A DNA stretch of 58,088 nucleotides from Klebsormidium nitens (Eukaryota; Plantae; Klebsormidiophyceae), in NCBI GenBank assembly GCA_000708835.1, contig DF237519.1, positions 1-58,088 on the forward strand. The letters are read 5' to 3'. The position numbers were made by a program, and so were the translations under genes. This document shows positions 37,401 through 46,558 of the stretch, piece by piece. Below the pieces are notes generated by a model. That model saw only the letters and a list, made by a program, of their open reading frames with translations. It was not told the DNA's origin and ran no database searches. The first letter of the stretch is position 1, and each line of letters begins with the position of its first letter.

Positions 37401-38764
37401 AACTCCTATCGCTAAATCCTTAAACCCTCGCGCAGGCGAGCATCGACGCGCTCAGCCGCACGTTCGCGGAGCTGCACGGGCAGCTGCGCGAGGAGAAGGA
37501 GCAGCGGCGCGTCGACTTGGAGCACCTGACGCAGACGATTGGCGCTAAAGTGGAGGAGGCGCACTCGGGGCTGGACGATGAGCGCGTCGCGCGGCTCGAG
37601 CGCGAGGCGCAAACCCTGAAGCGCGTCGGCGAAGACGTCTTCCGCGTGCAGGTAAACCCTAAACCCCTGAGGTTTCAGACCGCAGGGTTTGTGTGATGCG
37701 TGTTGAGCCGCAAACGCGAAAAGCATTGCGCGGCTCGAGCGGGAGGCCCAAACCCTGAATTCCGTCAGCGAGGTGGTCCTCCGCGTGCAGGTAAGGTTGC
37801 TGCGGAAAAACAGCCAGATTCACTCTAATGGAAAGTTGCGAAGTGAGCGTCAAACGGGAAGTGCGCGGCGCAAAAGCTGATTTCTTAGCCCTGGAAATGT
37901 TTGGACGGCAGAAAATCTTACCGAAGCGTATTCGAAAAGCTCATGGGGCGGCTCGAGTATGAAGCGCGGTCGTACACCCGCGAATCAATAGCAGCGGGTC
38001 GAAGGTCACGCAGCCTTCATATTCAGCAGACACTTTTAGAATGGAAGCAAGCCATGAGGAATCCTTTGGACTTGTGAAGAATGAAAGATGTTTGAACTTA
38101 TGAAAAATGAAAGATCTTCAAGATGCAAGAGACGGCGAGAGACTCTGAGCGATGAAGGAAGGAAGGTAGTTTGGGACTTGCGGTAAACTCCTCCAAGCCT
38201 TACGCGGCGATACGTGCGTTTGCAGGAGAAGATCGACGCTGAGCGCGCGACGCGCGAGGCCGCTCTGGAGATGATGCAACGCGAGGTGCGCGACTCGATG
38301 TCCGCGCACAACGAGAGCGAGGAGAGCTTTCAGCACATGGTAAGGAGGCGGAATCCACGAAGTCGCGAGTTGAACCTTGGGTCACCGAGTTTTGTTCTTG
38401 ACGTACATGATGCGCTCTGCCACCAAAAAGCAAGGAACCTTCTCTTGTTCATTTTTTTGGATTTGAGCGGCGGTGAGTCTTCGTTCGTTTCAAGTCTCCA
38501 ATTAGGTTACTTCTTTTGGTGTCACAGACGATCCGACCACAACTGGAGCTGCTTTTATTGCCTGAAAATTGAAGTCTGGATAAAGACAACGAGCTAAAAT
38601 CTAATCTTCTCGTGTTGATCCAGGTTTTGGACGACATCGCAACCCTGAAGAATCAAATGCTCGTCGAGAGGGAGGAGCGCATGTCGGAGGACGAGCAGAT
38701 TGTGCAGGCGATAAATGACTACACAAAGGCGCTCCAAGACGGCCTCAGGATAGTCAACAACTAG
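34472..38764 (+). CDS. SF-assemblin / beta-giardin family striated-fibre coiled-coil protein, 6 exons, ~293 aa
   Basis: join(34472..34508,35252..35435,36583..36772,37436..37651,38226..38339,38624..38764) = 882 nt with consistent phases. It has a Pro/Ser-rich head, then KLGHVAERFSSFYNDLESEK, LDAEIKRRAEADK, and the C-terminal EREERMSEDEQIVQAINDYTKALQDGLRIVN characteristic of SF-assemblin. Confidence 0.9.
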
Positions 38765-40028
38765 AGCGATCAGAATCCACAAGCGCGCTCAGCATCTTGG
38801 ACTTCGAGCAAAAATCCGGCTCGAGAGCTGGTAGAAAGACCGATATTGATTTAGACAGGACTGTTTGACTGGAGTTGATACGTATTAAACTAGAGGGAGG
38901 ACTTCAAGAGTGGATGGTTGTGACGCGCGCGTCAAAAGGCGGTAGAGAGGTTTTCGATGGTTGGCGGATGAGGACTGCCGGCGCCCGGTGTAATAACGTA
39001 GGATAAATAACTTCCTAAAATTAGCACAATTGACCTATTTGTACCCGCGTTGAGCATCTTTAGAAACAAAAAGCTCGTCATTTGACACCCGCGATCGATC
39101 CCGCAGCACAGTCAGGGGTTTCGCGGTACGCTTTCTATGCCGCTTCACAATCATGTAAGACTGCCAATCACCAACAACTTTCAGTTTGCATCAGGCATGG
39201 CGTAGCACATGCGTACCAATGGCGCGCGAAAATCTTTTAAATCGCTTCTCAAAAAACATGTATGGTCTGGCACTAGGGCCCTGATGACTCGGTGTGCAGT
39301 TATGAATGAAATCAACGGATATACAGAGCTTCGCTTGCCCATATGCCCAAACTATGCAATCATCAAGTCAACCTGGGTGATCGGATTCAAACCTGACCTC
39401 TAATGGACTGAGTAGCTGGGTTTCACGAGCCCTTAATTATTGACCATATGAAGATCCTGCGCCTGGCCATGGGCATCAACAGTGTTCACGATAAATGGCT
39501 CGGGCTCAGCTTCCAGGAAGTGCTGAGAAACTTCCAGTCATTGTGCCAAATCAACATTTTTAGGGGGGAAGGATCTGGCACGCATACAGGCCACACATCG
39601 AGTACGTGATCGAGCTGCAGATAGCACGTGGTCCAATACTTTTGCAATCTATCAATGCTGTTTCAGGCACGAGTCTGTCTCCACAAGCGCTTGGAAAGAT
39701 ATCCACGAGAAGCGACCCGTCAAGAGAAGCTCGCCCAGGAAACGGTTTTGATCAAAGAAGTCAGAACGTGTCGAAGGCATCATTTTTTTATTGCAGCAAT
39801 TCGTATCCAGAAAATCTGTCTAGTTGAATTGACCTAGTGACGCAAAGGAGCTGCACCTGCCGACGCAAAGAAGAAGTACAACCTGTAATTTTGCGCAATT
39901 CTGTAAAATTCGCTACATGTCTTCGCCATAGGATTATCCATCTCAAATTGTCCAGATTTGTGCAGAATCGACCTGCTGTTGCTCAATGTCAAGTATCGTC
40001 TCTTCTCGTTTATCGGACACAGGCGATG

Positions 40029-42254
40029 CTAATTCCAGGTGTTATCGCCCCCGCCCTCTGCGTAACCCCCGGTGTCTCCGGCAGAGAAACCGTCGCCGCC
40101 GCTGGAGAAGTCAGCGCCTCCACCCCAAGCGTCCGCAGCAGCAGGAGTGGCGTCGAGTCCTCCGCCCCAAACGTCCGTCGCAGCATGAGGGGCGTCAAAG
40201 CCCCCGAATTCCTCGTCCGCAGGCGCGGGTGGGTCATATGCAGGCGCAGGAGGAGCGTCCGCAGCCGCTAGAGGGTCGTCCGCAGCGGCGGGAGGGGCAT
40301 CCGAAGGCGCGGGAGGGGCGTCCGCAGGCGCTGGAGGGTCGTCCGCAGGCGCTGGAGAGGCATCCGAAGGCGCGGGAGCGGCTTCCGCAGGAGCGGGAAT
40401 ATCGTCGGCAGGCTTGAGAGGAGCGTCCGCAGGCGCGAAAGGGGCGTCCTCAGGCGCGGGCAGGACGTCCGCAGGCGCGTCCGCAGGCGCTGGTGGGGCG
40501 TCCGTAGGAGCAGGGGGACAGTCCGCGGGCGCGATGTGGGCATCCGCGGGCGCAGGAGGAGCGTCCGCAGGCGCGGAAGGCGCGTCCGCGGCCGCGCCGA
40601 TGGGCAGGTCCTTGTATTCGCCTCCAGTCTGAAACGCGCCTTCGCTTCCATCCTCGAAGATCAGGCCCCCTCCGTTGCCAGCGGTGTTGTCGCATAAGTC
40701 TTCCGGATCGCCTCCGCTGGAGTGACTCGAGTGACTAGACTGGCGGGAGTGACTGGACTTGCTCGAGTGGCTGTGATGGCTGCCTTCGCCGAAACCGTGA
40801 CCGCCGTGTTTGGGGTGTGCTGTGACCATGTGAGCGACTTGGTGTAGGGGATCTGCAAGATGCAGAAAGTGTTCGTATGACTTTCTTGTTGCCGACAGAA
40901 GGGCGTTGAAGGTATGCGGTAGCGAGCGGGACAAGCTTGTTTTCCCGTCCAATAGACTCCGATGGAGTACATCAAAACATATTCGGTAGATACAAAATGT
41001 TCGCAAAGCGTACCCTTGGCTCTGCTGCAGTCAAAGTCTTCAGAGATTGATCAACAGAGCCTGCAGTGTTGCACTTGTTCAGGTAGGGCTGAATTCCACT
41101 ATTCGCAACCCGGTCCACCCCTAATGAAAGTCATCTGCTTTCATTAGAATGCAATCGAATATTCTTAAGGAACAGATGAATCCGAACCTGCGACTTTTGA
41201 GCATCTCTTTCAACCTGAACAAAGGTAGAAGGCAGGAAACCAAGGATTCATGTATACAAGCCAGATTGAGTTCCAAAGAGGAAATGCGATAGAGAGATGC
41301 CTACTCACCCCTTTTCTTCTTGCCGACATGTGGCTCTTTGTGGAGTCCAAGCTGCAAGAAGTGGAAACGGCGAGTTTCTTGGAAAAGTCAGGAAACATGT
41401 AGATAAGTCGACCGTGGCACACTTACGAAGCATGTGACTTCATCATCCGACAGATTTGGAAGTTCTCCGTGAACAAGCCTGGAATTCGCTTCTTGCGAAC
41501 TTCTTCAGATCAAGTTCTTGTGATTTTTTATGCGCCTTTTTTAAAAACCATGGCTTCGTCCTTCTTTGATCTCGGACAAAATCAAATAGCAGCCCTGTCA
41601 AGCGGTCTTTCGCAGTTCTACAAATACAAGGGCAGCGCCTTTGTTTACCTCAGAGGGCTTCACAGCCCCAGCGATGATACTCAATGGGATCGTCTTCTCT
41701 TGAGTGTTGCCCTCGATAGGTTGTTCTACAAATGGAGACGCTATCTTGGTTTGGCACTCTTCAATTCCATGATGTTGCGCATTCAAGGTGGCAGCCTGTT
41801 CGTCTTTGACGGTCCCCGCAGGATCCTGCTCCTTTCTTTTCTTTTCACCACCGAAGGCCTTCTGAAGGACGGCTTTCGCCTTGTACTGCAGGAAGATCAG
41901 CAGATTAGCGAGTCAATTCAGCAGTCTGTAAGAATCAAGGCTAATAAAGACAGTCTGCGCGAAACAAAAAGTGATAAGTTGAACAAAACAATGATACTTT
42001 ATCCCCTGATCCCCTTTAAACGGACTGGACGCGATTCTGAATCTGGACAGATCTGTATAGCTACGCTGGATTAGAAGAGCTTGCCGCTCTGCTAGGTCGT
42101 TACGCTGCATCTGGGGCCTTCACCCAAAACTTGACCCTTCGATTCCGCACAATCCATCGTTCATTGGGCTTGATCATTTTCTTACCTTGAACGAAGGTCT
42201 CGGATGATCAGCAGACTCCGACGTTTGAGGCGCTGCCCCACAGCAAGAACGCAT
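40029..42254 (-). CDS. Orphan low-complexity protein (~390 aa) with a His/Ser tract and Asp-Ala-Pro heptad repeats
   Basis: complement(join(40029..40852,41309..41351,41649..41885,42186..42254)) = 1173 nt with GT-AG introns and consistent phases. Likely non-coding upstream exons have an acceptor near 42466 and a donor near 42617. No family recognised. Confidence 0.65.
40250..40595 (-). repeat. Coding 21-nt tandem repeat (~16 units) encoding D[AD]PPAPA-type heptads
   Basis: The plus strand repeats variants of gcaggcgctggagggtcgtcc. Translation: DAPSAPA DAPPAPA DAHIAPA DCPPAPT DAPPAPA ... DDPPAPA DAPPAPS. Confidence 0.9.
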
Positions 42255-42876
42255 GGCTGTGCACTGGGAAGAGCTGACTACAGCAGCTTTGCTTTTCTCG
42301 AAGTTCGATTTGTTCAGCTACAATCGCAGGCGCAGCAACAGGAAAGGGAGAAAGATGGTGATCTATCACGGCGGAATGCGAAGCTCGAAGGAGAATGACA
42401 GCCAATCTCGAAGGGAATGCTCGCAAGAGGTTTAAGTGCTTGTCATGTGACACACGCGCTGACTCTGCAAATAAGATCACCGTCTGCGCACACCTCGTAT
42501 TGATTTTATGCGGGCCGCAGCAAGCGTGTGGCCTGTGGACCAGGCGAATTGCGGCCGCGCAGCGCGTGCGCGCGACTGGACCGTCCAGTCACTTGTTGAG
42601 GGGTTTACAACAAGTACCTTGCCACGCGGCCGTGCCCTAGTGCAGATCGCGGCCGCAACTAGCGGCCGGTCGGACGATGGTGGCGCAGCCTGGCGCGGCC
42701 GCACAAGCTTCACGATTGAGTCACTGGGCCGGGTGCGCTCGCAGCTATGCGACGCGACTAACGCTCGCTTCGCGTTCACAATTCGCGGAAGCCTACAACG
42801 GATTCTCGTTATGCATGAGGAGCTGTATCCTATACGATACGAAGATTAATGCTCCCGACCTCCTCCCGCTCCCATG

Positions 42877-42958
42877 TGTTAGAAGTATTTGCGCACTGCC
42901 ACTCGGGCTACACTGGCGCCAGTGTGGCCCGAGTGGCAGTGCGCAAATACTTCTAACA
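42877..42958. mobile_element. 82-bp palindromic element, copy 1
   Basis: TGTTAGAAGTATTTGCGCACTGCCACTCGGGCTACACTGGC|GCCAGTGTGGCCCGAGTGGCAGTGCGCAAATACTTCTAACA: 41-bp arms with one mismatch, no loop, TG...CA ends. It directly abuts the Copia 5' LTR. Confidence 0.9.
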
Positions 42959-43240
42959 TGTTAGAATATTGCCAGTCTAGTTACTGAGACAGTAGCTAGG
43001 TCCAGTCAGTAGTCTTCGTACCGTACGATGATGCTAAGATTGACTACGACCGTCGATATGACAAGTAGAGGGAAACCGTGTAGGAGAAGATCTATGCCGT
43101 GACCCTGAGAATTTCATTCGTAGTGAATCCTCCTCCACGACAAGTCGCCTTCTCTCTTACGAGCGCTTCTCTGCACATGGTTTCATGGTGTCCATGCACG
43201 AGCCTGCAATAGATGCTTCTATAGACGCTGCAATCTAACA
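42959..43240 (+). mobile_element. Ty1/Copia 5' LTR (282 bp)
   Basis: Starts TGTTAGA and ends TCTAACA (7-bp terminal inverted repeats). It is followed immediately by a PBS and then the gag-pol ORF. No second copy was found in the window. Confidence 0.85.
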
Positions 43241-43253
43241 GGTTATGGGCCCA
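43241..43253 (+). promoter_or_regulatory. Primer-binding site GGTTATGGGCCCA (tRNA-iMet half-molecule type)
   Basis: Lies flush with the LTR 3' end. It matches the PBS type of Drosophila copia, which primes from the internal anticodon-stem region of initiator tRNA-Met (established knowledge). Confidence 0.8.
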
Positions 43254-43533
43254 CCATCACACGGATGGTGAAAGAAGCTCTTAGAAGGAAAGCTGTTAGA
43301 TGTCATTCTGATTGGTTTGGTTTGGGGCCGGTCACAGCAAGGCTCATTTTTGAGAGTGCTGTGGGAAAGGCTTGAGGGAAATTCCCAACCACCTTTCAGC
43401 TCTCCCTGGGGAGGGCGTGGCATAAATTTCCTTGAGCTTAGGAGAAGCAGCAGGTTCAGAATTCCTTCGAAGGGAGGCAGCACTTCAGTATCCGCGAAGA
43501 AAGCGGATAGAGTGAGCTCCAACAGGAAGGAAG

Positions 43534-46119
43534 ATGGACACCAATGAGAAGATTCACATTGAGAAGCTGAAGGGAGCAGAGAACTATCAGACCTGGAAGG
43601 TGCTGATAAAGCTTCTGCTGACTGAGAAGGGTCTCAAGAAGACGATCGATCCTGAGACCAGGTCAAGCGAGGAGTTGGCTGCAAGGACTGCAGCAGTGAA
43701 GGCAAAGGAAGAAGAAGATCAAGAGAAGGCTCTGGCAGCAATTGGTCTTCGAGTGTCTTCAGAATTCCTTGGGATCATCACAGATGCTGATGGATCTGCA
43801 AGAGCAGCCTGGGAACAATTCTCAAGGATGTTCCAGTCTGTGACAAATGCAAGAAAGATGATGCTCAGGGAGAAGCTGGCATCACTGAAAATGGAGAGTG
43901 GAGAATCAGCAGCGAAGTATGTTGCTAAAGCAAAGGACCTCAAAAGAGATTTGCTGCAAGCAGGTCTAGACGCTGGAGACGTAGATCTTGCTGCTGCATG
44001 TGGTTTGTCCAGGTCCTACAGGGAGATTAGGATGGCACTAGAGCTGCAAGAAAAAGCTATCTCCCTGGATGAAATGCTTCCTCTCCTCCTCCAGCATGAA
44101 GCCAGACTCGAACGTGATGAGGAAACAGATCATGGAGAGTCCTCCAGTTCAATGGCCTTCGCGAGCAAAGGCTTCAAGCAGCATGCGGGGAAGTCTCAGA
44201 GCAGAAGACCAGGTCCTAAGTGCTGGACGTGCGGAGAAGAAGGTCACAGATCCTCGGAGTGCTCTCAGAACAGAGACAAGGACGAGGAGTGCAGGAAGTG
44301 TGGACTGAAAGGCCACATCGCAAGGAACTGCAGAAAGAGAGATTCGGGCGAAGGAAAGAGTGGAGAAAACAGGGACAAAGGGACGAGGAGATCCATGGTG
44401 TTTGCCTGTCCTCCAGAAACAACTCTCTCAACACTCTGGATTCTGGACTCTGGAGCAAGTGCTCATCTCTGCTGTCAAAAGGAGATGTTCTCAGAGCTCA
44501 GGGAACTCAAAGGTGGCGAGGCAGAGGAGATCCAAGGGGTTGGAGATGCAGTCAGAGTGGAGGGCATTGGGAAGGTGCCTCTGATTTGCAAGACCGAAGA
44601 GGGAGAGATGACAGAGGTCATTCTCGAAGGAGTCAAGTTTGCTCCTCAGGCGCAGGTCAATTTGGCAGCACTTGGCAAGTTTCTCAGCAAGGGAGCAACT
44701 CTGCACAGCGAAGGAAGCGTGGTCAGCCTGAAAATGGAGGGAGAAAAGTTCCTAGAAGCGGAGAATCAAGATGGAGTGTCGGTCATCAGGACAGTTTCGC
44801 AGAAATCTCTGGCCTTTGCAATCACTCAAGCTGATGAGGGAAGACTGTGGCACAGGCGCTTTGGTCATGCGAGCTGCGAAATCCTGGCGAAAATGGCGCA
44901 AGATTCTCTCGTTGAAGGACTCCCCCCAGCAGCAGCCTTCCGAAGAGCCGGCGAAACCCTCTGTGAAGACTGCGTCCTCGGCAAGCAAACTCGGAAACCC
45001 TTCTTCCCCAGTAACCGTCAAAGTCAGAACCCCCTCGATCTAGTTCATACGGACCTCTGCGGTCCGATGCAAACGACGTCAGCCGGGGGCGCTCGCTACG
45101 TCGTCACTTTCATAGACGACTACAGCCGGTGTGGGACGGTGCAGCTGCTAAGAACCAAGGAGCAGGCGAAGCAAGCCCTGGAAGCTTACGTCAGCTGCGT
45201 GGAAAACCAACTGGGGAGAACGGTCAAGAAAATCCAGAGCGATAGGGGCGGAGAGTACTGGAACGGGGAAGTCAAGGCGTTCTGTGCGCGCAAGGGGATC
45301 ATCCATCAGAAGACCAATCCCTACTCGAGTCCGGAAAACGGGGTAGCGGAACGGTTGAATAGGACTCTGATGGATAAGGTGCGCGCGATGCTGTCTGAGA
45401 GCGGATTGATACAGAAGTGGTGGGGCGAAGCGGTTCTGACTGCGAGCTACGTCAGGAACCGGACGGCGACCAAGACGCACGGGAAGACCCTCCTGGAGCT
45501 CTTCTTCGGGCAGAAGCCAAGTGTGAAGGAGCTCCGCGTCTTCGGTTCCAAGGCCTACGTCCACACCCCCGCTCAGAAGCGAAAGAAACTCGATCCTGTC
45601 GCGAAAGCCGGCGTCTTCCTCGGGTACGAACCAGGAACCAAGGGGTACCGGATCCTGCTGACGTCAGATCAGAAGACCGTGCTGATCTCGCGTGACGTCA
45701 CGTTTGACGAAGCGGAACGGAAGGACCCCGAGGGAGCGGAAGCCTGGGAAGACCCTCCGCCTCTGCCGTCAGTCTCGTCTGAGCCCGTCGAGCCTGAGGG
45801 AGAGAATGAAGAGGCGGAAACGGAAACCCCAGAACCGGAGCCGGAGAACGGAACGGAAGAGGGGAGCGGAACGGGAGAAGAGAGAGCGGAACCGGAAGCG
45901 ACGGGAAAGAGGGAGAGAAGACCGAGTCAGCGCTACCCCTCGAACGACTGGGTAACGGCAAACCTCGCAAAGGAGACGGCGGAACCGGTGGAGCCGAAAA
46001 CCCTGGAGGAAGCGCTAAGCAGCCCGGAAGCCGCATTTTTGTTAGAAGTATTTGCGCACTGCCACTCGGGCCACACTGGCGCCAGTGTAGCCCGAGTGGC
46101 AGTGCGCAAATACTTCTAA
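43534..46119 (+). mobile_element. Ty1/Copia gag-protease-integrase ORF (861 aa), truncated before reverse transcriptase
   Basis: Contains Gag N-terminus KLKGAENYQTWK, two CCHC knuckles (CWTCGEEGHRSSEC, CRKCGLKGHIARNC), protease WILDSGAS, HHCC (LWHRRFGH...CEDC), DDE core (HTDLCGP, SDRGGEY, GVAERLNRTL) and a C-terminal GVFLGY..KGYRI motif. It ends at EPKTLEEALSSPEA, the usual pre-RT motif. The last ~26 codons and the stop come from palindrome copy 2. Confidence 0.95.
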
Positions 46120-46121
46120 CA
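46040..46121. mobile_element. 82-bp palindromic element, copy 2
   Basis: Exact reverse complement of copy 1 (the single arm mismatch is on the opposite side). Flanks ATTTT / CACCC show no target-site duplication. Confidence 0.9.
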
Positions 46122-46558
46122 CACCCAACACCCAAAGTTCTCCATTTCTTAAACATTTCGTTGAAATAGTAAAGCTATTGCGAGCGAAAGCGAACTCGAA
46201 ACTCACAACATGTCGCTCTCGAACATATCAATTCTTGACGTCTACGTCTAGATTGAGCTCGAAGAGAGCGACAAGATCAAAATTGAGTGAGCGAAGCGAG
46301 CTATAAAACGCTTCTGAGCAGCGAAATGTTTCATTCCAAAGAATCAAGAACCGCTAGCGCCTTCCCTCCGCCAAACAAGCCCTTCCAACTTAGCACGCTT
46401 TCAATCTCGCCCTCCCCCCCCCGCCCTCAGTATCATTGCTCGCTCGATTCGCCTAACTCAAACCCGAGCTCCCCAGATGTTGATTTTGCGTCGAAGAGCT
46501 GCACCCAACACCCAAACTTCTCCATTTCTTAAACATTTCGTTGAAATAGTAAAGCTAT
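46122..46558 (+). repeat. 57-bp direct repeat pair (46122-46178 and 46502-46558)
   Basis: CACCCAACACCCAAA[G/C]TTCTCCATTTCTTAAACATTTCGTTGAAATAGTAAAGCTAT twice, with one mismatch and a 380-bp period. The first copy begins at the base after palindrome copy 2. Confidence 0.85.

Noticed and set aside
40250-40595. Ala-Pro repeats as an arabinogalactan-protein glycomodule
   Set aside because: The gene model has no signal peptide or GPI-like tail, and the repeats are Asp-rich.
41469-42074. 201-aa plus-strand ORF
   Set aside because: It is antisense to a phase-consistent spliced gene on the minus strand and has no recognisable homology.
42877-42958. 82-bp palindrome as a sequencing adaptor or mate-pair linker
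   Set aside because: It does not match the 454 FLX/Titanium or Nextera junction linkers as I recall them, the copies differ by point mutations, and one insertion has a 5-bp TSD.
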